DNA from: Planctomycetota bacterium
GTDB lineage: Bacteria; Planctomycetota; UBA8742; SKZP01
NCBI GenBank assembly: GCA_050249295.1
Contig: JBFWQT010000001.1
Coordinates: 623-64,622, forward strand
Reading direction: 5' to 3'
DNA length: 64,000 bases
Positions 19,269-28,406 of this stretch are shown one piece after another. Within the stretch, counting starts at the first letter, position 1. Every line of letters starts with the position of its first letter. The position numbers and the translations under genes are program-made. The notes beneath the pieces were generated by a model. It was not told the DNA's origin and did no database searches. It saw only the letters and a program-made list of their open reading frames with translations.

Positions 19269-20912
19269 TCAACTCTGTTCAGCCGGCTCGGGCTTGCGCA
19301 GCCGGGCCGAGCGGGCCTGGTAGTCGGCAACGACGGACGCCGCAGAGTCGGTGCGCGAACCCGGATCGGGCTCGACGCAACCGGCCAGCAACTCCGACAT
19401 CTGCACCGACACCTCGGGGTTCTTGTAGAAGGCCGACGCCAGCGGCTCGAGCGCACCCTGCGGCTCGTACTCCGGCATGTCGGCCGTCATCAAGGTGTAG
19501 AACAGGCGGCCGCCGGCGTAGAGCGCGCTGCGGCGGGCCGACTCCTCGTCGATCTCGTCGAACGACGCGACCGGCATCTGCTGCTCGAGCGCGGCCGCGT
19601 GCTGCTGCACCTCGGGCGCGAGAATCGCGCACATGCCGCTGCTGGCCAGCGTCTCCAGCCACTCGCGGAACGCCGCCTCCTGCCCGGCGCGCGGGCGCAG
19701 GCCGGGGTAGAGGTGGAACATGCGGGCCTCGGCCGGATCAATCCAGAGCAGCGCGAGGTGCGAGACGAACGCGCCGGCGGCGTCCTGCCGCGAGAGGTCG
19801 CTCATCGCCTGCAGGAAGTGGAACTCCAGCACGTTGAGCGGCAGGTTCATGCCACCGAGCGGCTCCAGGCCGGCCAGGTCGGTGCGCAGCACGGTGCGGG
19901 TGCCGCCGTCCACGCGCCAGTCGGGCGGGAGGTAGAAGCCCAGCTGGTCGGTCACGCCGTGGGGCTGCGCGGCCAGCGTCAGGCACTCGGAGAGCACGCG
20001 CACTTCGCCTTGCCGGGCGTCGGTGAATCGCAGGCCGAAGGCGTCCTCGCCGACGAACTGCAGCCGCAGGTCAGCCGCGTAGGCGAGGTCGGCCGCGAGC
20101 GAGCCGAACGACTGGTAGCGGCGCGACGGGTCGGGATGCAGGCAGCGGTGGATGATCGCGGTGAGCAGCGGCAGCTCGGACCAGTTGTCGAGCAGGTCGA
20201 TCTCGCCGGCCAGCACCTTGACGATCAGCTCACGCGGCTCGGCATCCTTGCTGTCGAGCACCGGTGCGGCGAAGAAGAAGTCGTGCAGCACCGCACCAAA
20301 CGAGTAGACGTCGGCGGCCACGGTCTGCGGGACGTCCTCGCCCTGCACGAGCGCGTCGAAGACCTCGGGCGCGATGTACGGGAAGCAGCCGCGCAGCCAG
20401 CCCAGCGAGCGGTCCACGTCCTCGGCCAGGCGGATCTGCAGGCCGAAATCCTTGATCCGCACGCGGCCGTCCACGCGGGTGACGACGACCGACTCGGGGT
20501 TGATCGCGCCGTGGTGCACGCCCATCTGCGCCAGCGTGTGCAGCGCCTCGGCAGCCTTCGCAAAGTGCCCGACGTAGATGCGCGGCGAGTAGTTGACCGC
20601 GTCGCGGATCGCGGGCGCGGCGTCGGCCAGCGTCTCGAACTGGTAGGCGTGGTAGGCGTAGAGCGTGCCCTCGGCCAGGCTCGGCTCGGTGCGCAGGAAG
20701 CTGACCAGCGCGGGGTGGCGCGTCTGGCGCCAGATGTCCTTGTGGTCTTCGCTCAGCACGCTCTGCCACGGCCGGCGGAAGGCCTTGAGAATCACCGCCT
20801 GGCCGGTCGCGCGGTTGCGGGCCAGCACGTCACGGCCGAGCAGCGCGCCCTCGAACTCCGGGGCGAGGCCGCCGGGGCCGGGTGCGTAGAGGTGATACTG
20901 GAAGTCCGCCAT
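19269..20912 (-). CDS. Ser/Thr protein kinase-like protein (catalytic loop HRD replaced by HHG; probable pseudokinase) with C-terminal domain
   Basis: ATG at 20912 preceded by GGAGAG; kinase subdomains VILKAF (Lys), HHGAINPES, IKDFGL, YIAPEVF; about 300 aa C-terminal extension. Confidence 0.75.
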   Translation of the reverse strand: MADFQYHLYAPGPGGLAPEFEGALLGRDVLARNRATGQAVILKAFRRPWQSVLSEDHKDIWRQTRHPALVSFLRTEPSLAEGTLYAYHAYQFETLADAAPAIRDAVNYSPRIYVGHFAKAAEALHTLAQMGVHHGAINPESVVVTRVDGRVRIKDFGLQIRLAEDVDRSLGWLRGCFPYIAPEVFDALVQGEDVPQTVAADVYSFGAVLHDFFFAAPVLDSKDAEPRELIVKVLAGEIDLLDNWSELPLLTAIIHRCLHPDPSRRYQSFGSLAADLAYAADLRLQFVGEDAFGLRFTDARQGEVRVLSECLTLAAQPHGVTDQLGFYLPPDWRVDGGTRTVLRTDLAGLEPLGGMNLPLNVLEFHFLQAMSDLSRQDAAGAFVSHLALLWIDPAEARMFHLYPGLRPRAGQEAAFREWLETLASSGMCAILAPEVQQHAAALEQQMPVASFDEIDEESARRSALYAGGRLFYTLMTADMPEYEPQGALEPLASAFYKNPEVSVQMSELLAGCVEPDPGSRTDSAASVVADYQARSARLRKPEPAEQS

Positions 20913-21390
20913 CGTGCTCTCCGCGACAGCCATTCGACAATTGATGCTAACGGAACCGACGAGCCAGTTGCAAGGCGAGCTGCTGTCTGCAAGTACTTGC
21001 CGGGCCGACAGGTCAGGCAAATCGTCTGGTGAATCCGGCCGGGTTGCGGCTTCGCGCCTGATAATCGTGTCGGACCATCGAGTCGGCGAGTCGGCGAGTC
21101 GGCGGCCGGGATGCACTACTGGTTGAGCAACGGCACGGCCCAACGGTTCATTCCTGATTGAAACGAGCGGAACGGGTGCCGGGTTGTGATCAGCGCAGCG
21201 CGCCAGGGCGGTTCGGCGGGAGAGCGACACATTCGCGACCGACTCCTTTCACGCGGATGCGACAAACTCACGCCGTGGGCATGAACCAATTGACGCGTGC
21301 TCCGTTTGTGCAGTCGGCGGAGGGCCCGGCGCCTGCTGGTGCGGCCGGTCAGTTCCGAGCGCCACACAATCCAACAACGGAGTCGGAGAC

Positions 21391-24300
21391 ATGCGTCTTG
21401 TTGCACCGCGATTTGCCATCGCGGCCGGGCTGGCTATTGCCCTCGGCCTGACCGCACCCGCCTGTGGACGCAAGTCGTCGGCACCGCCACCTGCGCCACA
21501 AGCCGCCGCTGCGATCAGCGACCAGCCGACCAGCGGGCCGATCGAGGTGGCCGGGGACGATCCGTTCTTCGCCGCGGGCGCCGAGGTCGTCGTGATCTCG
21601 CCAGACGGCACCGTGATTCCGCCGGCCGCGACCGCACCCGGTGTGTACCAGCCAGCGGCATCGATGCAGGGCTTCGATGATGATCCGCGGTTCGTCCTCG
21701 ACGCTGGCGACGACCACAACGAGGACCCGACCAACGATCCGTACAACCAGGATCTTCGGCCGAACCCCAGTCCCGACCAGTCCAACGCCGAGTCGCCGTA
21801 CCCGAACCAGGGCTTCAACAGCTCGATCGGACTTGGCAGTAACATCGGCGGAGGCGGCGGCCCGGGCGGCGCGGGTGGCTTTGTCTACCGGCGGGCGCGT
21901 GGGGGTGGCGGCCATCGTGGCGATCAGAATGTGCTGCTCGCGCTGCGCTGGCTGGCCGACCACCAGGCGGCGGACGGCAGCTGGGATCCGATCGACTTCC
22001 CGAAGGCCGGCGCGAACCACGGCCGCACGGCCGGTGAGTACGGCAACCAGGACGGCAGCTTCGACATCGGCCTGGGACACGAACGCGTGGCCACCACCGG
22101 CCTCGCGCTGCTGGCGTTCCTCGGTGCCGGCTACACGCACACCGAAGGCGAGTTCGCCACGCCGGTGAAGCTGGCGCTGCGCTACCTCAAGGCGGTGCAG
22201 GACAACGACGGTGCGTTCGACACGACGAACCGCCACGACCCGCTGTTCGTCTACGGCCACGCGATCGGCACGATGGCGATGGCCGAGGCGTACGGCATGA
22301 CCGGCGCCAACATGCTGAAGGGCCCCGCGCAGAAGGGCGTGGACTTCATCGCCAGCTGCCAGAACCACGACGACGCGCGCGGCTACCTCGGCTGGGGCGA
22401 CGGCATCAAGGTGCTGCCATCCAACACGATCATCACCGGCTGGAATGCGCTCGCGCTGAAGTCGGCCCGCATCGCCGACCTGGATGTGCCTCAGCATTGT
22501 TGGGACGGCGCGATCACGCACCTGTCCGACGTCACCGGCAAAGTCGACGGGGACGCGAAGACCTGGAACACGAAGAAGCATGAGACCAGCGTCGCGCGCG
22601 GCGAGACCACCGACGCGATGAGCATCATGGTGCGCATGTTCGTCAGCCAGGACGCGGCTCTTCGTAACGACCCCACGATGCGCGACCTGGCGAAGCGACT
22701 GACCAGGCCCGACGTGCTGCCGGTGATCGGCGACGCGCCGACGCGCGACCTGCAGTTCCTGCTCTTCACCACGCTCGCGCTGTTCCAGATGGGCGATACC
22801 TGGTGGAAGACGTGGGAGACGCCGATCGGCGACGCGTTGATCAATACGCAGCGCATCAAGCCGGCCGACGTCCATCACCGCGCCTACGGCTCGTGGGACA
22901 GCAGCAGCACCGGCGCCGCGTTTGCCAACGGCCGCGTGTACGCCACGGCGATCAACGCGCTGACGCTCGAGACGTACTACCGCTACGAGAAGGTGGGTAC
23001 GCGCGTGCCGGCGACGCAGGATCGCGACGGCCTGCAGGACTCCGACGAAGGCGACGGCACGTGGGACAACCCGCGCACGCCGCGCGCCCCGCGCTACACC
23101 GACCGCTGGACGAAGGACGCGTACGGCCGCGATTGCTGGAACGGCCGGCCGGTCACGCAGGGCCAGATGTACTGGCGCGGCGGCACCGGCGTGCTCGGCG
23201 TCTTCCCGCTGACGCACACCGCCGTCAACGCCGCGGTCAGCGGCATGATCTCGAGCGTCGAGGTCCGCCAGAGCTACCGCAACGAGCTGACCGAGGCGAT
23301 GGAGGCGATCTACGCCTTTCCGCTGCCCGAGAACGCCGCCGTCAACGAGTTCATCCTGATCATCGGCGAGCGCAAGATCCATGGCTTCATCCGTGAGCGG
23401 CGCGAGGCGCAGCGCATCTACAACCACGCGCGCGCCAACGGCCACACCGCGGCCCTGCTGACGCAGGAGCGGCCCAGCGTGTTCACGCAGCACGTCGCGA
23501 ACATCCCGGCCGGCGGCACGCTCGACGTGTCGATCCGCTACTTCGCGCCGCTGAAGTACGACAACGGCGAGTACACGTTCGTGTTCCCGATGGTCGTCGC
23601 GCCGCGCTACACGCCGAGCAACAACCAGGGCATGGCGCCCACGCCGACCCCGGACCTGGAGCCGAACAGCGGCTACGGCACGAGCTACCCGACCAGCGCC
23701 GTGCCCGACGCCGATCACGTCACGCCGCCGACGATGTGGGCCGGCACTCGCAGTGGTCGCGACATCGCGATCCGGCTGACGATCGATGCGGGCGTGCCGA
23801 TCGAGAAGATCGAGTCGGTCAACCACGCCATCATGGCGCAGCGCGTCAGCCCGAAGGAGATGCGCATCCAGCTGCACCCGGCCGACACGCTGCCGAACAA
23901 GGACTTCGTGCTGCGCTATCGCGTGGCGGGTGCTCTGCCGGCGTACGGCATGGTCGCTCACCACAACGAGAAGCAGGGCGGGTTCTTCGCCCTGATGGTC
24001 CAGCCGCCGCACACGCCCACGCCCGAGCAGATCGTGCCGCGCGAGCTGGTGTTCGTGGTCGACAACAGCGGCTCGATGAATGGCAAGCCGATGGACCAGT
24101 GCCAGGCGCTGATGTGGAAGGCCCTCGGCGGCCTGCGCAAGGGCGACACGTTCAACATCATCACGTTCGCCGGCTCGTCGCAGACGCTGTTCCGCGAATC
24201 GGTCGAGCCGACGGACATGAACGTGCAGCTTGCGTGGAACTACGTCAGCCGGCTCACCGGCGCGGGTGGCACCGAGTTCCTGTCGTCGCTGCGCCAGCTC

Positions 24301-25302
24301 TCCACGATGCCGCGCGACCGTGGCCGGATGCGGGTGGTCACGTTCCTCACCGACGGCCTCGTCAACAACGATGACGCGATCATCGACAGCGTGCAGGCCG
24401 CGCAGCGCTGCGACGCACGCACGCGTTACTTCGCCGTCGGCGTCGGCAGTTCGCCCAACCGCGCGCTGATCGAGCGCATCGCGAGCAATGGCCTCGGCCG
24501 CTCGCTGTTCATCGGCGTCAACGAGTCAGCCAATGCGCCGGCCGAGACGTTCTTCCGCTACATTGACGCGCCGGTGCTGTGGGACTTCTCGCTCGACTGG
24601 GGCAACCTGCAGGTCGAGCAACTCTACCCGAGCCAGCTCGGCGACCTCTGGGCCGGCCAGCCGCTGATCCTCTACGGCCGCTACACCACGGCGGGCATCG
24701 GCGAGCTCACGATCAAGGCGCGTCGCGGCTACGGCGAGATGGTCGAGATCAAGGTGCCCGTCTCGCTGCCCGGCGGCAACGTCGGCAACCCGGCGCTGGC
24801 GTCGGTCTGGGCGCGGCACCGCATCGAGGAACTGAGCGACGCGTGCCTCAGCTGTTCGCAGTATGACCGCTCGACAATGCAGGGAGAGATCAAGCAGATC
24901 GCGCTCGACTTCCATCTGCTCAGCAAGTTCACGGCATTCGTCGCGGTGGACTACTCGGCCCGCGTCAGCAACGGCAACCCGGTGACCGTGCAGCAGCCGC
25001 AGGAGCACGCGGACGGCATGACCAACACCGGCGATGTTGCGCCCGCGGCCGTGATGGCCGGTCCGCGCCTGGCCGCCTGGGGCGTCGAGCTGATGGTCCT
25101 GCCCGACGGCACCGTCTGGATCGACCGAGTGATCCCCGGTTCGGACGCGGCGCTGGCCGGTCTGCGGGCGGGCGTGCGCGTGCTCGGTTGCGACGGTGTG
25201 CGCATCGCATCGGCCGACGACCTGCGCCGCGTCGTGGGTGACGGCGTGATGGTCGAGACGGCCGACGGCGGCACCGTGGACCGCTACTACCTTCCGCGAT
25301 GA
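21391..25302 (+). CDS. Giant lipoprotein: prenyltransferase/squalene-cyclase-like repeats + VIT domain + vWA domain + C-terminal PDZ
   Basis: Lipobox LTAPACG; LALRWLADHQAADGSWD repeats; VIT block AIYAFPLPENAAVNEFILIIGERKIHGFIRER; vWA MIDAS LVFVVDNSGSMNG; PDZ-like VWIDRVIPGSDAALAGLRAGVRVL. Confidence 0.85.
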   Translation: MRLVAPRFAIAAGLAIALGLTAPACGRKSSAPPPAPQAAAAISDQPTSGPIEVAGDDPFFAAGAEVVVISPDGTVIPPAATAPGVYQPAASMQGFDDDPRFVLDAGDDHNEDPTNDPYNQDLRPNPSPDQSNAESPYPNQGFNSSIGLGSNIGGGGGPGGAGGFVYRRARGGGGHRGDQNVLLALRWLADHQAADGSWDPIDFPKAGANHGRTAGEYGNQDGSFDIGLGHERVATTGLALLAFLGAGYTHTEGEFATPVKLALRYLKAVQDNDGAFDTTNRHDPLFVYGHAIGTMAMAEAYGMTGANMLKGPAQKGVDFIASCQNHDDARGYLGWGDGIKVLPSNTIITGWNALALKSARIADLDVPQHCWDGAITHLSDVTGKVDGDAKTWNTKKHETSVARGETTDAMSIMVRMFVSQDAALRNDPTMRDLAKRLTRPDVLPVIGDAPTRDLQFLLFTTLALFQMGDTWWKTWETPIGDALINTQRIKPADVHHRAYGSWDSSSTGAAFANGRVYATAINALTLETYYRYEKVGTRVPATQDRDGLQDSDEGDGTWDNPRTPRAPRYTDRWTKDAYGRDCWNGRPVTQGQMYWRGGTGVLGVFPLTHTAVNAAVSGMISSVEVRQSYRNELTEAMEAIYAFPLPENAAVNEFILIIGERKIHGFIRERREAQRIYNHARANGHTAALLTQERPSVFTQHVANIPAGGTLDVSIRYFAPLKYDNGEYTFVFPMVVAPRYTPSNNQGMAPTPTPDLEPNSGYGTSYPTSAVPDADHVTPPTMWAGTRSGRDIAIRLTIDAGVPIEKIESVNHAIMAQRVSPKEMRIQLHPADTLPNKDFVLRYRVAGALPAYGMVAHHNEKQGGFFALMVQPPHTPTPEQIVPRELVFVVDNSGSMNGKPMDQCQALMWKALGGLRKGDTFNIITFAGSSQTLFRESVEPTDMNVQLAWNYVSRLTGAGGTEFLSSLRQLSTMPRDRGRMRVVTFLTDGLVNNDDAIIDSVQAAQRCDARTRYFAVGVGSSPNRALIERIASNGLGRSLFIGVNESANAPAETFFRYIDAPVLWDFSLDWGNLQVEQLYPSQLGDLWAGQPLILYGRYTTAGIGELTIKARRGYGEMVEIKVPVSLPGGNVGNPALASVWARHRIEELSDACLSCSQYDRSTMQGEIKQIALDFHLLSKFTAFVAVDYSARVSNGNPVTVQQPQEHADGMTNTGDVAPAAVMAGPRLAAWGVELMVLPDGTVWIDRVIPGSDAALAGLRAGVRVLGCDGVRIASADDLRRVVGDGVMVETADGGTVDRYYLPR

Positions 25303-25485
25303 TCGGCGGTGAGTGACTGGTGGTGAGCAGACGCGGCCCGTGGTCGAGCAATCGACTGCGGGCCGTGTCACGTGTGGGCTACACCCGCGGTCCGGCGCGG
25401 CGTCGCCGCTGATCGCTGGTCAAACCTCGCCCGGCACACTACAGTCAACCCAGCGCAACCCGCGGCGGCCCACCCGGCCGGCACG

Positions 25486-26751
25486 ATGCACACCACACGG
25501 CGCACTGCACCATTCCGGCTGCTGCTGATTCCGCTCGAGGGACCGGTCACCTCGATGGCGGACGGCGTCACGGTGGACCTCGTCCTCAGCCCGAGCTTCT
25601 ACATCTCGCGATTCCCGCGAGTGAACGACGCCACCACCAACGCCAGCGTCGGCGAGTTCGAAGGCACGCCGTGCCTGTACCTGAAGGACCGGCTGGTCTC
25701 GCATCCCAACGCCGTGATCGTCCGCGAGAACGGCGGTCTGCGCATCAAGGTCGCGCACGACAATGTGCGCAACCCGCTGTTCATCAACACCGACGTGCTC
25801 AAGCCGGATGCGGGCGTGCGCGATGCCGAGCTGAAGATCGGCGACGTGGTGCAGATCGGCACCAGCCGGTTCCGCGTCGATCGCGCCAGCATCACGCAGT
25901 GGGCCGAGCTGTTCCAGCGGGCGTACCCCGACCTCACGTACGTCACCGTGCTGCAGGAGGGCCTCAGCGGCCGCAGCCGGCACCAGTGCGAGAGCCGCGA
26001 AGGCTACCGCGTGGACGTCGAGTGCCGGACGTTCAAGGGGCCGGTCAGCGCGCACTTCCGCACGTCGGAAGAGACGCTGCAGCGCACGCAGGCGTTGCAG
26101 GCCCACATTGAAGACGACCGCCAGCTGCAGCCGTGGGTGCCGCGCATCTACGACGTGCGCAGCTACGAACTGCCGGACGGCACGCGGCACATCTTCATGG
26201 CGCACGAGGCCTACACCGGCAAGACGCTCGGCCAGCTGCTCGCGGCCGGGCCCCTGACCCGCGAGATCGTGCTGCGCATTGGCGTGAGGCTCTGCGAGGC
26301 TGTGCACCGCCTGCACCAGTTCAATCTGCATCAACAATTGATGCCCGACGCGGTGTGGTTCCGCGAGGGCGAGAACCCGGACGCCGACAAGCTGAAGCTC
26401 GCCGGACTGATGTTCGTGCGCGAGACGCTGTCGCGCGAAGGCACGCCCGATGCCGCGCTGGCCTGGACGCCGCCGGAGTTCCTCGACCATGGCGAGTACA
26501 CCGAGCGTTCGGACATGTACGTCGTTGCGCTGTTGCTCGCCCACGCGCTCTCCGGCATGCCGCCGTACGAAGGCGACAAGGCGCAAGAGGTGGTCAGCAA
26601 GGTGCTCAACGCGCGGCCGGCGCTGCCCGACAGCTGCCCGGCAAAGCTCGCCGCGGTGCTCGACAAGGCGTGGGCCAAGCGGCCGAGCATGCGCTTCCGC
26701 ACGCTGCTCGATCTGAAGATCCAGCTGCAACGACTGCTGGAACACGGCTGA
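25486..26751 (+). CDS. FHA-domain protein fused to degenerate protein-kinase-like (pseudokinase) domain
   Basis: ATG 25486; FHA core GGLRIKVAHDNVRNPLFINTDVL...IGDVVQIGTSRFRV; kinase-like C-term lacks HRD Asp and DFG (HQQLMPDAV, KLAGLMFV) but keeps TPPEF/SDMYVVALLLAHAL. Confidence 0.7.
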   Translation: MHTTRRTAPFRLLLIPLEGPVTSMADGVTVDLVLSPSFYISRFPRVNDATTNASVGEFEGTPCLYLKDRLVSHPNAVIVRENGGLRIKVAHDNVRNPLFINTDVLKPDAGVRDAELKIGDVVQIGTSRFRVDRASITQWAELFQRAYPDLTYVTVLQEGLSGRSRHQCESREGYRVDVECRTFKGPVSAHFRTSEETLQRTQALQAHIEDDRQLQPWVPRIYDVRSYELPDGTRHIFMAHEAYTGKTLGQLLAAGPLTREIVLRIGVRLCEAVHRLHQFNLHQQLMPDAVWFREGENPDADKLKLAGLMFVRETLSREGTPDAALAWTPPEFLDHGEYTERSDMYVVALLLAHALSGMPPYEGDKAQEVVSKVLNARPALPDSCPAKLAAVLDKAWAKRPSMRFRTLLDLKIQLQRLLEHG

Positions 26752-26801
26752 GAGTTCTATACTCCGCGCCCTCGCCAGACCCGCCACGACCACGACCCGC
26801 G

Positions 26802-28301
26802 GTGACCGCCACGACCGACAGCACGCCAGCCGCCGCACCCACACCCGAGGTACCTGCTCCGCCGCCGGCCGCACGCCGCCGCCGACCGCGCACCGCATCG
26901 GAACGGCGCGAGCGGATACTCAACGATCCGCCGAAGCGGCTCGTGATCTTCATGGGCCTGCCGCTGCTGATCAGCTTTTTCATCGGCACGCTCTTCAATC
27001 TTGTCGACACCTGGTTCGTCTCGATGTTGCCCGGTGACGCCGGCGCTGATGGCGTGGCCGGCATCGGCAATGCGTTCGCCATCCAGCTCGTACTGATCGC
27101 GATCGGCAGCGGCATCGGCCAGGGCGCGGCCAGCACCGTCGCGCGGCGGCTTGGCGCCAACGACACCGCGGGCGCACAACGCGCCGGCGCCCAGATCGTG
27201 CTGCTCACGCTCGGCCTCACCGCCGCGTTCATGCTGCTCGGTGCGATCGTCAAGCCGATGATGACGATGATCGGCGCGAACGACGCGATCATCGACGCGT
27301 CGATCGTGTACGGCGAGTACGTGCTGATCGGCTGCGTCGGCTGGTTCGTGCCGATGATCATGGGCGGCATCCTGCGCGGCGTCGGCGACATGATCGGCCC
27401 GATGCTCGCCATGCTGGCCGCGATCGTGCTCAACATCATCCTCGATCCGATCCTGATCTTCGGCCTCGGCCCGATCCCGGCGATGGGCGTGCGCGGCGCC
27501 GCGGCCGCCACCGTCATCGCGCGCTGGGCCAGCGCGCTGTTGATCGTCTGGTTCCTGCTCGGCAAGCGCAACGCACTCGGCCGCGCCATCTTCACCCGCC
27601 TGCGGCCCGACAGCGCGCTCCTCAAGGACATCCTGCGCGTCGGCATTCCGACCAGCATCGGCACGATCCTCGGCGCCGGCTACATGCTGATCGTCCAGAT
27701 CTTCGTCGGCCACCACGTCGCCGGCGGCGGCCCCGCGGCGCAGGCGGCGTTCACCATCGGCTTCCGCTTCGAGCAACTCGCCTGGCTGCCGGTGCACGGC
27801 GTGGCGATTGCGCTGACGACCATCGTCGGCCAGAACCACGGTGCCGGCCGGTTCGATCGCGAGCGCGAGGCCATGAAGTGGTGCCTGATCTGGACCACCG
27901 GCATCATCAGCGTGTTCTCGCTGCTCTACCTGATCGGCGCGCCGTGGATGGCCGCGGCGTTGGCCGGTGGTGACCCCGACACGTCGGCTACGGTGGCCGA
28001 CATCGCGACCGTGTACATCCGGGTGATCGCCGTGGAACTGCCGTTGTTGGCCGCGGCCATGACGATCGGCTCGACGTTCAATGGTCGCGGCCGTGGCTGG
28101 CCGTACTTCTCGCTGCAGGTGCTGCGCCTGTTCGCGCTGTCGATCCCGCTGTTCATCGTGTTCGCACCGACCGGCATCTACACGTTCTGGTGGGCGATGC
28201 CGTTGGCGTCCGGCGCGGCGGTGGCTCTCGGCGCCTTGTGGTTGCGCCGCGAGTTGCGTCGCGACCCGATGCCGCCGCTTGCGAAGCCGGTTGCAGAGTG
28301 A
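26802..28301 (+). CDS. MATE family multidrug/oligosaccharidyl-lipid efflux transporter
   Basis: ERILNDPPKRLVIFMGLPLLISFFIGTLFNLVDTWFVSM and 12-TM pattern; first 670 nt of ORF-track entry 26133.. overlap previous gene out of frame, so start moved to GTG 26802 (uncertain). Confidence 0.75.
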   Translation: MTATTDSTPAAAPTPEVPAPPPAARRRRPRTASERRERILNDPPKRLVIFMGLPLLISFFIGTLFNLVDTWFVSMLPGDAGADGVAGIGNAFAIQLVLIAIGSGIGQGAASTVARRLGANDTAGAQRAGAQIVLLTLGLTAAFMLLGAIVKPMMTMIGANDAIIDASIVYGEYVLIGCVGWFVPMIMGGILRGVGDMIGPMLAMLAAIVLNIILDPILIFGLGPIPAMGVRGAAAATVIARWASALLIVWFLLGKRNALGRAIFTRLRPDSALLKDILRVGIPTSIGTILGAGYMLIVQIFVGHHVAGGGPAAQAAFTIGFRFEQLAWLPVHGVAIALTTIVGQNHGAGRFDREREAMKWCLIWTTGIISVFSLLYLIGAPWMAAALAGGDPDTSATVADIATVYIRVIAVELPLLAAAMTIGSTFNGRGRGWPYFSLQVLRLFALSIPLFIVFAPTGIYTFWWAMPLASGAAVALGALWLRRELRRDPMPPLAKPVAE

Positions 28302-28406
28302 CCAAGCGGACCGCCGCACTTCTCGGCTGTCCACACACCTGGTGGGGCACCAACACGACACCGCAGCGATCGGCGCTGACGGCGAAGGCGTGCAACCGTC
28401 CGTCGA

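Noticed and set aside
21349-24012. 887-aa minus-strand ORF
   Set aside because: Antisense to VIT-vWA lipoprotein gene
25420-26898. 492-aa minus-strand ORF
   Set aside because: Antisense to FHA-pseudokinase gene
26606-28361. 352-aa and 534-aa minus-strand ORFs
   Set aside because: Antisense to MATE transporter; His/Arg/Asp-rich junk
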